Origin: a virus | Taxonomy: Duplodnaviria > Caudoviricetes | Strand: one strand, 5' to 3' | IMG/VR virus record: IMGVR_UViG_3300020431_000302 | Location: 1 to 36,886 of that record | DNA: 36,886 bases | Program-made: the position numbers and the translations under genes | Notes under the pieces: generated by a model | Seen by the model: only the letters and a program-made list of their open reading frames with translations | What the model was told of the DNA's origin: nothing | The model's database searches: none | Shown here: positions 17,477 through 26,476 of the stretch, piece after piece | Layout: every line of letters starts with the position of its first letter | Position numbering within the stretch: the stretch's first letter is position 1

Positions 17477-18070
17477 CTAGACTCCCAAGATGTCCATCAT
17501 CTCAGTTATGTAATCATACACCTCTGTGTTAGTAGAGTCAACATTTGAATCCATGGTAAGTTCTACTTTAATATCTCTCACATCCTTACTATCTGGTGTC
17601 TTTAATTGCATCAAACAGACGTCATGATAAGACTGATAGTGCTGACAAATTATATATTGATCTAACTTGGATAGAAAAGATTCCCTAAGTTCTAATTCTG
17701 AGATGTCAAATTTATAATGATCTTCAACAAACCAAACCATGTGGTCTTCTATTATTTTTGCTATTTCTAATAAAGATGATTTAACTTTTTTATATTTGTT
17801 CAGAGTATAAAAGTAGAGAAGACTCTCCATAAAGACTGCATTATACTCTGCTGTCATAACTTTTATTCTGGGAAGATCCCACAAATAATCCCAGTCACAA
17901 TCTTCATGAAATCCACATATAAAATGTGCAATATCATGAGCTGGGTCTGTTGGTGGTTTCTCATCATTTATTCTAGTATGTTCTACACCATCAGAATAAG
18001 TTATTGCGCTTACAACTTTTCCATAGTCCCAAGACCAGTTTACCTTTGAAATTGTTCTTGTCTTAATCAT
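17477..18070 (-). CDS. Hypothetical protein (HDIAH motif)
   Basis: 197 aa ORF with no recognised family. Confidence 0.6.
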   Translation of the reverse strand: MIKTRTISKVNWSWDYGKVVSAITYSDGVEHTRINDEKPPTDPAHDIAHFICGFHEDCDWDYLWDLPRIKVMTAEYNAVFMESLLYFYTLNKYKKVKSSLLEIAKIIEDHMVWFVEDHYKFDISELELRESFLSKLDQYIICQHYQSYHDVCLMQLKTPDSKDVRDIKVELTMDSNVDSTNTEVYDYITEMMDILGV

Positions 18071-18082
18071 GAATTTGTGAGT

Positions 18083-18250
18083 TTAAGATGCTTCATCATG
18101 CTCAGTATGAATTCTTATAATTTCTTCATCTGCAGGAACCATCACTGCTTTATGTTTTCCATTTGTTATTCCTATTGACTCACCATTTTCAACTTTTGAG
18201 ATCAACTCTTCCCAGTTTTCTTGCCAGTGTTCCACAGAATAAAATTTCAT
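18083..18250 (-). CDS. Small Phd/YefM antitoxin-like protein
   Basis: Below the track cutoff. MKFYSVEHWQENWEELISKVENGESIGITNGKHKAVMVPADEEIIRIHTEHDEAS (55 aa) fits the Phd beta-alpha-alpha-beta-beta pattern. Confidence 0.6.
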   Translation of the reverse strand: MKFYSVEHWQENWEELISKVENGESIGITNGKHKAVMVPADEEIIRIHTEHDEAS

Positions 18251-18272
18251 TGTTGATATATGTATGTGATTT

Positions 18273-18437
18273 TTATTTCCACAATCCCACTACAATCAAA
18301 AGTCCTTGAGCATAGAAGAACAACAATACTGAACCTATACAAGCACTAATAAGTGAGGCAGTTTTGTTGTGTTTATCGATTGCTTTATCAATCATCTTCT
18401 GACACTCTTCTTTTGTAACAAGATGTTCTTCAGACAT
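18273..18437 (-). CDS. Small membrane protein
   Basis: Below the track cutoff. MSEEHLVTKEECQKMIDKAIDKHNKTASLISACIGSVLLFFYAQGLLIVVGLWK (54 aa) has a hydrophobic C-terminus. Confidence 0.65.
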   Translation of the reverse strand: MSEEHLVTKEECQKMIDKAIDKHNKTASLISACIGSVLLFFYAQGLLIVVGLWK

Positions 18438-18439
18438 AC

Positions 18440-18688
18440 TCACTTCACATCAAAGTCCATTTTACGAACTTTACGATGTCTTCTCTCCTCTTGATACATA
18501 AGGTCTTCAGAAGACAGAACACTTTTTTGTTTGTGCATCTGTGTTGAGTTTAACATGATGACTTTAGTTAAGTCAACTGCTGAGATATTGTCTTCTTTAA
18601 TTGTTAACATGTTGGGACAACCACAACACTGAATCTTTGTAGAACTAGTGATCTCTGTGTTGCAGGTTTTACATCTGACTTTAATCAT
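18440..18688 (-). CDS. Small Zn-ribbon-like hypothetical protein
   Basis: CKTC...CCGCPN. Confidence 0.65.
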   Translation of the reverse strand: MIKVRCKTCNTEITSSTKIQCCGCPNMLTIKEDNISAVDLTKVIMLNSTQMHKQKSVLSSEDLMYQEERRHRKVRKMDFDVK

Positions 18689-18884
18689 TGGACTTTTTAC
18701 TGTCGTACTCTTTCTTAGTTTTGAAATATAGTTTGTAGTATGGCTTCTTCATCTTATCAAGGATTTCCATATCCTCTTTAAACCCCAAATACTTACACAA
18801 CTGATATGATCCTTCTAACTCACTAATCAATCTTAAAATATTAGCAGGATGTTTTTCAAGTCCTCCAAAATCATATTGTGACAT
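18681..18884 (-). CDS. Hypothetical protein
   Basis: 67 aa ORF overlapping the next gene by 8 nt. Confidence 0.65.
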   Translation of the reverse strand: MSQYDFGGLEKHPANILRLISELEGSYQLCKYLGFKEDMEILDKMKKPYYKLYFKTKKEYDSKKSND

Positions 18885-18901
18885 TTTAATTAAAAGGAGA
18901 A

Positions 18902-18972
18902 AGCGGAATACCAGAATCGAACTGGTGACGAAAGGTTGGAAACCTTTAGTTTTGCCTCTAAACTAATTCCGC
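18902..18972 (-). tRNA. tRNA-Gly(TCC)
   Basis: GCGGAAT/ATTCCGC acceptor stem, AAAGG-TTTCCAA-CCTTT anticodon arm, TTCGATT T loop. Confidence 0.93.
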
Positions 18973-18992
18973 AAAAATACTGTTTTCGTTTA

Positions 18993-19066
18993 CGGGTCAG
19001 GAGGGACTCGAACCCCCGACCAATTCATTAGAAGTGAATTGCTCTATCCATCTGAGCTACTGACCC
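18993..19066 (-). tRNA. tRNA-Arg(TCT)
   Basis: GGGTCAG/CTGACCC acceptor stem, ATTCA-CTTCTAA-TGAAT anticodon arm, TTCGAGT T loop. Confidence 0.95.
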
Positions 19067-19070
19067 TTGT

Positions 19071-19135
19071 GCTAGTTCCTATCGCCTCTAACCCTGAACT
19101 AGCAAGGGGGTCACAGCAGTGGTGTCTTAACCACT
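19071..19135 (-). ncRNA. Candidate structured RNA (hairpin plus H-type pseudoknot) leading the tRNA operon
   Basis: AGUGGU/ACCACU hairpin, then an 8 bp GCUAGUUC/GAACUAGC stem whose loop GGGUUA pairs with upstream UGACCC. Confidence 0.5.
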
Positions 19136-19140
19136 CCTAT

Positions 19141-19169
19141 AATATAACCTATGTTTAATGCTCTGTCAA
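19141..19169 (-). promoter_or_regulatory. Sigma70 promoter for the tRNA operon
   Basis: TTGACA (19169-19164), 17 nt spacer, TATATT (19146-19141). Confidence 0.8.
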
Positions 19170-19453
19170 CCCCTTCCAGACATCCAAACTTCAGAACCAC
19201 CAAGGGTAGGTAATGGGTTAAGTTCTAGTGTAGTGGGTGCATTCTCAGTTGCAATTTCATACATCACTTGATGTATATTCTCTGATTCCTTAGTCGAGAC
19301 TGTCCATGAACCACCAACTCCTCCATCCATATTCACAATAATATCATCAATAGGTTCTTTCATATAGTTTTGATATTCTATTTGTGTTTCTGTGAGAATT
19401 GGTTCACCAAACCATTCATCATAAGATAAGAAAATTGGTGCTGGATATGTCAT
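19166..19453 (-). CDS. Hypothetical protein
   Basis: 95 aa acidic ORF, ATGA-coupled to the hydrolase gene. Confidence 0.6.
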   Translation of the reverse strand: MTYPAPIFLSYDEWFGEPILTETQIEYQNYMKEPIDDIIVNMDGGVGGSWTVSTKESENIHQVMYEIATENAPTTLELNPLPTLGGSEVWMSGRG

Positions 19454-19848
19454 GATTGCCAGTGATGATGAAAGAAGTTACCTTTTGGATCACACATTGG
19501 GTCTTCTACTGCTACGCGATATGGCAACATACTTTGCCCTTTAAAACTTGTCCTATCACCAATAATAGAATAGGCAGTTTGAAACTTTGCTTTGCCTAAA
19601 TCTGTTTGCATCTCATTGACCAACCTTTGATTGGCAACAGGTCTATAAAATGTCAAACCCTCATATTGTCCAGATTGATACACAACATTTGAGACACTAT
19701 TTGGGAAGGACTTGGAATTAACTCTGTTTAAGATTGATACTGCTACGCAATATTCATCCATAGTTCCTAATGCTGCTTCAACTTGAACAGTTCTTGCTAG
19801 GTGATGGTAGTCAAGAGGTGTTAACGCCATCAATGTTGCTAAAATCAA
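19450..19848 (-). CDS. SleB/Hydrolase_2 cell-wall hydrolase
   Basis: LARTVQVEA, VAVSILNRV.S..FPNSV..VVYQSGQYE, hydrophobic N-terminus. Confidence 0.8.
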   Translation of the reverse strand: MILATLMALTPLDYHHLARTVQVEAALGTMDEYCVAVSILNRVNSKSFPNSVSNVVYQSGQYEGLTFYRPVANQRLVNEMQTDLGKAKFQTAYSIIGDRTSFKGQSMLPYRVAVEDPMCDPKGNFFHHHWQS

Positions 19849-20311
19849 AATAATCTTTCCTATAGTAACGGCCTAAGACATTGCTATTATAGTAGGCAGG
19901 AGTGCCATCTGTCAAGCTTTCAGTCAGTACATTATGTATGAAGAGTTGTCTGGTCTCTTCGTAGTTTACCTTACCTGGGGTAATGTGTAAGGATAAGATC
20001 TCTCTATTAACAGATCCCTTTCCATGAATTTTAACATCTTCTTTAAGCTCGTCACAACTTCCATAGTAGTTGCGCCAGTTACTCTCAGATGTAACTCTTC
20101 TCCGTTTCCCTGAACTAGAACTAACTCTAGGCTTTCGTTTTTGAAAGAAGTATTTTCTTCCAATGTAAATCCTTTGGGTGGGGATACAGGCAATCTTATA
20201 AACAAAACCATAGTTGTCCCCAATAAGGCTCCCGTCAAAACAGGTGCCCATGTAAATCCAGGGATTTTCGTAGTCAGGATAGTTCTTACTTTCTTTCTGA
20301 TCTTCTTCCAC
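19811..20311 (-). CDS. GIY-YIG-like nuclease-domain protein
   Basis: YGFVYKI...RIYIGRKYF, WRNYYGS, NYEE, YYNSN. GTG start is uncertain. Confidence 0.7.
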   Translation of the reverse strand: MEEDQKESKNYPDYENPWIYMGTCFDGSLIGDNYGFVYKIACIPTQRIYIGRKYFFQKRKPRVSSSSGKRRRVTSESNWRNYYGSCDELKEDVKIHGKGSVNREILSLHITPGKVNYEETRQLFIHNVLTESLTDGTPAYYNSNVLGRYYRKDYFDFSNIDGVNTS

Positions 20312-20333
20312 TTGGTCATAAAAGTTTCTCCAA

Positions 20334-20341
20334 TATTTAGA
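20334..20341 (-). promoter_or_regulatory. Late promoter variant TCTAAATA
   Basis: CTAAATA box preceded by the hairpin TGGTTCC-ATGA-GGAACCA. Confidence 0.55.
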
Positions 20342-20389
20342 GATGGTTCCTCATGGAACCACCAGTCATCTTGTTTCTTTGCTTCAATT

Positions 20390-21586
20390 CTAGAGTTGGA
20401 ATCCAGAGAACGTGTCTTTCTTAACATCTTGTTTAATACCACCTACAACATAAGACTCAACCTCAGTTTCCTGTGGTGCAACCTGAAGACCCTTAGAGGA
20501 AATCCAGTGTTGTGTCCATGGCAAAGGGTTGTTCTTAGCAGCAATATCATAAACAGGTTTAAGACCAATACCCTTCAATCTACGATTTGCAGTCCACTCA
20601 ACATATTGCTGAAGAAGTTTATCGTTCAGACCAATCATAGATCCATCCTTGAACAGATAGTCTGCCCAACGTTTCTCTTCATTCACTGCACGGTCAAATG
20701 CCTTATAGGTCCACTCTTCCTCTTCTTTCATGATCTGTGCCATCTCAGGATCATCACCCTGTCTCCACTTATTCAGAATGTTTTGAGTGATTGCCAAGTG
20801 TTGGTTCTCATCTCTTGCAATAAGGGAGATGATCTTAGCTGATCCCTCCATAAGTTTGAGCTCACCGAAGGCGAAACTACAAGCAAAAGAAACATAAAAA
20901 CGAATACCTTCCAATATGTTGACATTAGCAACTGCTCTATAAAGTTTACGCTTCAGTTCATATTTTCCTTCTAGTGCATATGGGACCTGCTCTAGCGCAT
21001 GTTGCCAGTCATTAGAATTATCATATTGATGAGCACTTTGGATGAAATCATCATAGGCACCAGTAACACTACTAGCACGTTCTAAAATACGTTGGTCCGT
21101 AACAATCTTATCAAATACTTCAGATGGGTCCGAATATATGTTCTTGATGATGTATGTGTAAGAACGACTATGGATCATTTCCATGAATCCCCAGACCTCC
21201 ATACATGCCTCTAGTTCAGGTAGACTGCAATAAGGTATAAAAGCCATCCCAGGACCACGCCCTTGTATGGAGTCAAGCATAATCTGATACTTGAGGTTGC
21301 TTGTATAGATATGCTTTTGTTCTGGACGAAGTGTCTGATAATCTCCACGATCTTTCTGCAATGATACTTCTTCTGGTCTCCAGAAATACCCAAGTTGCTG
21401 AGTAGTTAGTTTGTCAAAAATGGGATACTTATATGAATCATACCTCTGGATACCCAGAGGTTTTCCAAAAAACATAGGTTGCTTTTTAGTATTAACTTGT
21501 TCAGTGTTAAAGACTGTCATGCCTTTCACTTTATTCATGATATCCTTTCCACCTACTGGCGAAATTTTAAACTGCACAGGATTCAC
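20390..21586 (-). CDS. nrdB: Ribonucleotide reductase class Ia beta subunit
   Basis: FWRPEEV, EMIHSRSY (tyrosyl radical), LEGIRFYVSFA, RDENQH, VAPQETEVESY. Confidence 0.97.
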   Translation of the reverse strand: MNPVQFKISPVGGKDIMNKVKGMTVFNTEQVNTKKQPMFFGKPLGIQRYDSYKYPIFDKLTTQQLGYFWRPEEVSLQKDRGDYQTLRPEQKHIYTSNLKYQIMLDSIQGRGPGMAFIPYCSLPELEACMEVWGFMEMIHSRSYTYIIKNIYSDPSEVFDKIVTDQRILERASSVTGAYDDFIQSAHQYDNSNDWQHALEQVPYALEGKYELKRKLYRAVANVNILEGIRFYVSFACSFAFGELKLMEGSAKIISLIARDENQHLAITQNILNKWRQGDDPEMAQIMKEEEEWTYKAFDRAVNEEKRWADYLFKDGSMIGLNDKLLQQYVEWTANRRLKGIGLKPVYDIAAKNNPLPWTQHWISSKGLQVAPQETEVESYVVGGIKQDVKKDTFSGFQL

Positions 21587-23867
21587 ACTCTCCCTCCTCG
21601 GATTGTTCTAGCTCGTTTAACAAATTATCTAATGTGGATTTGTCTTCTTCTACCTCATCAGTCTTAATATCATAAGTATTCTGATAGTAGGAAGTCTTCC
21701 ACCCATACTTATATGTAGTCAAGAAGTCATTTGCCATCACAGAAACAGGGACCTCATTTTCAGGATAGTTCTCTGGATTGTAACTCCAGTTACCAGAGAT
21801 TGCCTGGTCAAAGAACTTCTGCATCACAGCAACAATATTAATATATCCTTCGTTACTCTTCATGTCCCACAGCAATGTATAATTACTCTTCAGTGTATTA
21901 TATTGTGGAACAATTTGCTTAAGAGGTCCTTTCTTGGACTTCTTAATGGACAGATAATCTCTAGGTGGTTCAATTCCATTGGTTGCATTTGACACAACGG
22001 AACTGCTCTCTGAAGGCATCTGTGCTGACAGTGTTGAGTGCCTAAGACCATGGGCGGAGATAGATGCCCTAAGACTCTCCCAATCATGATTCAACTCCTG
22101 AGATGTAATCTCATCAACTTCCTTTTTATATGTATCAAGTGGCAGAATTCCATCAGAATACTTAGTGCGTCCAAAGTATTCACAATGTCCCTTCTCTTCT
22201 GCAATCTTATTGGATGATTTTAAGAGATAGTATTGGAATGACTCAGAGAGTCCATGGACTGCATCCCATGCTTCCTGAGAACCATAAGAGAATCCAAGTT
22301 TTGCTAGGTAGTGAGCAAGACCAATGAATCCTACTCCAAGTGACCTACGTGCCTTTGTAGCAACCTCTGCTGCTCTTACAGGATACTCCTGATAGTCAAT
22401 CAATTCTTCTAGTCCTCTGACTGCAAGATCACAAAGATCTTCAAGTTCATCATCAGACTTAATCTTACCAACATTAATAGCAGACAAGATGCATAGAGCA
22501 ATCTCACCAGGCATTTCCTCATCAATATGATTGATAGGATCAGTTGGTAGAGTGATTTCCTGACAAAGGTTGCTCATATTCACCTTGTCTTTGAATGAGG
22601 AATGAGAATTGCAATGGTCAATATTCATAATATACAAACGACCAGTCTCTGCACGTTCCTTCAAGATATCTAGAATAAGATTTTGAGCCCCAATCTTCTT
22701 TCCAGGAACAGACTCATCCTGTTCGTAATCCAGATATAGTTGATCAAACCTATCAGTGCCAAAAGCATCATACAAGCCTGGAACATCGTGTGGACTGAAG
22801 AGAGTGATTTCTTCATCCTTGATGAATCTTTCATAGAAGAGTTTAGAAATTTGAATGCTGTAATCGAGTTTTCTGACACGATTATCTTCTGTCCCTTTAT
22901 TATTTTTGAGTACAATTATATCCTCTATTTCTTGGTGCCAGATAGGAAAGTGAACTGTAGCAGAACCACCTCTGATGCCGTTCTGAGTGCAGCATCTGAC
23001 AGTGCTCTCAAACTTTTTAAGGAAGGGGACAACGCCTGTGTGTTGTACCTCTCCACCTCTGATTTTAGCGTTGATGCCACGGATTCTGCCTGCGTTGATA
23101 CCGATGCCAGCCCTCTGTGCGACATACCTGCCAATAGCCATATCGCTGCTAAAGATACTATCGAGGGTGTCATCAACATCAACGAGAACACAAGATGCAA
23201 ATTGGCGAAGTGGTGTTCTGACTCCTGCCATGATTGGCGTTGGGATGTTGATTCTGTGTTTGGAGATTGCATCGTAATACCTCTTGACGTAGGAAAGCCT
23301 TACATCCTTTGAATAGTCACGAAAGATTGTCAATGCAATCATAATATACATGAACTGTGGAGTTTCGTAGACATTTCCAGAACTACGATCCTGCACTAGA
23401 TATTTATCTGCTACCTGCCTCAGTCCAGCATAAGTGAATAGAAAATCACGTTCATGATCAATATAAGTATCTACTTCATTAATCTCCTCAAGAGTATAAT
23501 TGGCAAAGATATCCTTATCATAGATTCCATTATAAGCACACTCTGTAATATGGTCAATGAGAGCAGGCAACTCACGAACCTTACCATACAATTGCTTCCT
23601 AATAGAAAATAGAAGCAGCCTAGCAGCAACAAACTGATAGTTAGGATGATCCAGATCAATTAGGTCAGAAGCACTTTTAATTAAAATTTCTTGGATTTCT
23701 GTTGTTGTGATGCCATCATAGAACTGAATACCAGAAGTCATCTCAACTTGACTAGCAGATACACCTGCAAGCCCCACACATGCCTCTTCAACCATTAAGT
23801 GCATCTTATCAAGGTCAAGAGACTCAATTCTCCCATCCCTCTTTTTTACTTTTGTACCATTGCTCAT
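21567..23867 (-). CDS. nrdA: Ribonucleotide reductase class Ia alpha subunit
   Basis: ATP cone (KVKKRDG), PTPIMAG, FASC, SNLCQEI, KTSYY, C-terminal CESC. Start 23867 gives an ATGA overlap. Confidence 0.97.
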   Translation of the reverse strand: MSNGTKVKKRDGRIESLDLDKMHLMVEEACVGLAGVSASQVEMTSGIQFYDGITTTEIQEILIKSASDLIDLDHPNYQFVAARLLLFSIRKQLYGKVRELPALIDHITECAYNGIYDKDIFANYTLEEINEVDTYIDHERDFLFTYAGLRQVADKYLVQDRSSGNVYETPQFMYIMIALTIFRDYSKDVRLSYVKRYYDAISKHRINIPTPIMAGVRTPLRQFASCVLVDVDDTLDSIFSSDMAIGRYVAQRAGIGINAGRIRGINAKIRGGEVQHTGVVPFLKKFESTVRCCTQNGIRGGSATVHFPIWHQEIEDIIVLKNNKGTEDNRVRKLDYSIQISKLFYERFIKDEEITLFSPHDVPGLYDAFGTDRFDQLYLDYEQDESVPGKKIGAQNLILDILKERAETGRLYIMNIDHCNSHSSFKDKVNMSNLCQEITLPTDPINHIDEEMPGEIALCILSAINVGKIKSDDELEDLCDLAVRGLEELIDYQEYPVRAAEVATKARRSLGVGFIGLAHYLAKLGFSYGSQEAWDAVHGLSESFQYYLLKSSNKIAEEKGHCEYFGRTKYSDGILPLDTYKKEVDEITSQELNHDWESLRASISAHGLRHSTLSAQMPSESSSVVSNATNGIEPPRDYLSIKKSKKGPLKQIVPQYNTLKSNYTLLWDMKSNEGYINIVAVMQKFFDQAISGNWSYNPENYPENEVPVSVMANDFLTTYKYGWKTSYYQNTYDIKTDEVEEDKSTLDNLLNELEQSEEGECESCAV

Positions 23868-24856
23868 ATTCTTTTCCAAGTATTGAATTTAAGTTTTGCT
23901 TCTAAACCAGAATGCGTGTTTGAATCTATAATTTTCTGAACATCATGTCCAGATAGGATCATATCATTTATGTCCTTTTCTCTGATGTGGGTTGGCCATA
24001 TGACCAATGATTCACCTTTATCAATTGTATGTTTAATCCTTTTGACGATTTCACTGTTTCTTGGTTCATTATCATAGACCCAAACAGGATTGCTAATCCC
24101 CCAGTTACTAATATCAAGATCAGCTCCGCACATAGCAATCGAATTTGAAATGAATGTGCTATCAAATGGTCCTTCTGTAATGAAGACTGGAGCATCTCTT
24201 CTGATTGTATCAAGTCCATAGATTTTTGGTGCCTCGTCTTCCAACATAATGGTTAAGTATTTAATAGGGTTTGTAGACAGTGCTCTACCCTGAACCCCAA
24301 TCAATCTCTCCTCATAATAAAGAGGGATAACTATTCTTTTTTCTCCATACTTTGTGCTATCAAAAGAATTGGGTTTGATTGTATTTACAAACTCTTTAAA
24401 GTTCTTAGCATAGTAAAACTCTCCAGAGAAGATTGCTCTATCCTGAAGATACCTCTTTGATGTAGGATCATCAAATGCATTAGGCAATTCAATCTTAACT
24501 TTGTTTTTAAACATAGGTTTAGATGCGCCAACAATTTTGAATATATCTTCTGGAGTTTCATTGACATAGTTCTTACCAGTATGTCCACCTTTGAATTTCT
24601 CAAATACATATTCTCTATGTGTCTCAGGATCGATCTCTTTTAAGAAATTATTGAGAGACATATTAACACCACAGTTGTGACACTTGTAGTTGCTATTGTT
24701 CTTGATTCTGTAAAAGTAACCTCTTGCCTTAGTCTTATTCTTCTGAGAATCTCCACATAGAGGACAGCGACAGTTATAGAGGTTAGGTTTTACTCTCTTG
24801 AACCTAGAGAGTCTTGAAGAAATCAAATTGATGTATTTTACATCAATATAATCCAT
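23864..24856 (-). CDS. gp61: T4-like DNA primase
   Basis: CPLCGDS...CHNC zinc finger, TEGPFDS, YDNEPRN, KDINDM TOPRIM motifs. Confidence 0.95.
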   Translation of the reverse strand: MDYIDVKYINLISSRLSRFKRVKPNLYNCRCPLCGDSQKNKTKARGYFYRIKNNSNYKCHNCGVNMSLNNFLKEIDPETHREYVFEKFKGGHTGKNYVNETPEDIFKIVGASKPMFKNKVKIELPNAFDDPTSKRYLQDRAIFSGEFYYAKNFKEFVNTIKPNSFDSTKYGEKRIVIPLYYEERLIGVQGRALSTNPIKYLTIMLEDEAPKIYGLDTIRRDAPVFITEGPFDSTFISNSIAMCGADLDISNWGISNPVWVYDNEPRNSEIVKRIKHTIDKGESLVIWPTHIREKDINDMILSGHDVQKIIDSNTHSGLEAKLKFNTWKRI

Positions 24857-24861
24857 ACTGT

Positions 24862-25245
24862 TTAGTTCGTATAACTTCTCTCTATTCTAGTAGAAGGTTC
24901 TTTATGCGTCAAGAGTCCTTGGATGGATGTTCCATTACTAGCAGCAAAAGACAAAAATGCCAAGGCACCCATTGCCATCCAAACACGCTTCTCTAATCCA
25001 CGTATTCTTTGCAACACACTGTAATGATCTGAGTCCATTTTATCACGGAGTTTGTCAATTTTTGTAAAGAGTACAATGTCAATTTCTTCTTGTTTTGATA
25101 TTCGTTCTTCATGAACAGCAAGCATTTTGCTAACTGTAGTATTTACCTCACTTAATTTATCAATAGCTGCATCTATTTTAAGGACTATTGGTCCAAGATC
25201 TGATATCTTCTGTTCAAGTACTGCAATCTTAACTTGATCTTCCAT
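24862..25245 (-). CDS. Coiled-coil protein with a C-terminal transmembrane segment
   Basis: IAVLEQK...RIRGLEKR followed by VWMAMGALAFLSFAA. Confidence 0.7.
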   Translation of the reverse strand: MEDQVKIAVLEQKISDLGPIVLKIDAAIDKLSEVNTTVSKMLAVHEERISKQEEIDIVLFTKIDKLRDKMDSDHYSVLQRIRGLEKRVWMAMGALAFLSFAASNGTSIQGLLTHKEPSTRIERSYTN

Positions 25246-25537
25246 TGAAATTAAAGTACGGATTGAAGTTTGATGCCTTCTTTCTTGCTGACCTTTCTTG
25301 TCTCTTAGTTTTCCTATCCATCAAATCTTTGATAGCCTTTCTAACATATTTGTTTCTACCATCAAACTTCATAGCAGAGTCATAACCAGCAGTTGGTCCC
25401 TTTGGATTAGAAGATCCGCCAAACCCACCAGATTCTCCAGGGGGATTTGCAACCATACCTTCTTCATTGACACTAAATTCATTATACATTGCTGAACGAA
25501 ATGCATTAATGACCTTATCAATCTTGTCCTTATCCAT
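25229..25537 (-). CDS. Hypothetical protein
   Basis: 102 aa ORF coupled to its neighbours. Confidence 0.65.
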   Translation of the reverse strand: MDKDKIDKVINAFRSAMYNEFSVNEEGMVANPPGESGGFGGSSNPKGPTAGYDSAMKFDGRNKYVRKAIKDLMDRKTKRQERSARKKASNFNPYFNFNGRSS

Positions 25538-25910
25538 TAGTAACTCTCCTTAACTCCTCTAGACATTTCTGATCCATTTCAATATCATGAATAGCAGTTT
25601 TAGGATATTCTGGAAGTCTATCCAAAAAGACTATAAAAGTTTTTGTTACATCCCACAAGTCTTCATCAACTTTATAAAAAAGCATTGGAGTAGTGGCATC
25701 ACCAAACACATTATATAGAATTATGAAGTGGTTTATCAATAAATGTGTCCTTAATTCACCACTACTCTTATATCTTTTTAATAACCTTTTGATATACCTG
25801 AAGTGATTCAGATCCTTATCAAAGTCCTCACGTGTTACTGCTTGAGGGTTCTGATAATGTTTAATAGCAAAGAGAAGAAAATTCTTCTCATTCAATTCAT
25901 TAAATAACAT
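25530..25910 (-). CDS. Conserved T4-like hypothetical protein
   Basis: NFLLFAIKHYQNPQ...EDFDKDL...LLINHFIILYNVFG. Confidence 0.75.
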   Translation of the reverse strand: MLFNELNEKNFLLFAIKHYQNPQAVTREDFDKDLNHFRYIKRLLKRYKSSGELRTHLLINHFIILYNVFGDATTPMLFYKVDEDLWDVTKTFIVFLDRLPEYPKTAIHDIEMDQKCLEELRRVTNG

Positions 25911-25919
25911 CTAATTATA

Positions 25920-26444
25920 CTAAGGTGTTGGGTAATCTGTGGTTCCTGTTGTGATTCCAGACATTGCAACAAGAGTTTCTTTCTTAACTCTGAAGTTTCC
26001 ATCTGTATCAACATATGTTGTAACTCCAACCCATCCCTCATGCATGCCCCAATATGTGGGGTCAGCTACCTGAAGACCTTCTACCTCTGTTACACCATAG
26101 ACAAAATTATCACCTGGATTGTTTAGAATATTGCTTTGACTATACTTGGAATCAAGAATACTTGATTTAGGAAGTTGAGTAATTCCAAACAGTACACCAC
26201 CAATAGCAGCACCTGAAAGTGCCATTGTGCTGCCAATTGTAACTTGTGTTGTGCTAGCAATGCTGACAATTACAGCATCACCAAAGTATGTGGTTGCTTT
26301 TGTGCCAAAACGAATTACGTCACCAGTTGAAGCAGAACCTACTTGACCAAAGGAAGTACCTGTTCCAGTGACAACACCAGTATCATAATCTAAGACAACA
26401 GCGCCGACTGAATCTACGTTGTCATTATTTCCCCAAAGTGCCAT
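25920..26444 (-). CDS. Putative virion structural protein
   Basis: MALWG start, G/T/S-rich, GWV...RVKKETLVAMS. Late promoter upstream. Confidence 0.7.
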   Translation of the reverse strand: MALWGNNDNVDSVGAVVLDYDTGVVTGTGTSFGQVGSASTGDVIRFGTKATTYFGDAVIVSIASTTQVTIGSTMALSGAAIGGVLFGITQLPKSSILDSKYSQSNILNNPGDNFVYGVTEVEGLQVADPTYWGMHEGWVGVTTYVDTDGNFRVKKETLVAMSGITTGTTDYPTP

Positions 26445-26476
26445 GTCTTTTCCTAATAAACTTTGTTAGATAGAAA

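Noticed and set aside
19071-19135. HDV-like/theta or pistol ribozyme, or preQ1/SAM-II riboswitch
   Set aside because: I could not fit the nested P1/P1.1/P3 topology or the conserved cores, and theta ribozymes sit 3' of tRNAs whereas this element is 5'.
19811-20311. Mobile homing endonuclease
   Set aside because: It has only a short GIY-YIG-like domain, with no evident DNA-binding tail and no intron or insertion boundaries, so it was not called a mobile element.
20141-20842. 233 aa plus-strand ORF, and the other plus-strand ORFs such as 22740..23312
   Set aside because: They are antisense shadows of nrdB, nrdA and other well-supported minus-strand genes, with no motifs or expression signals.
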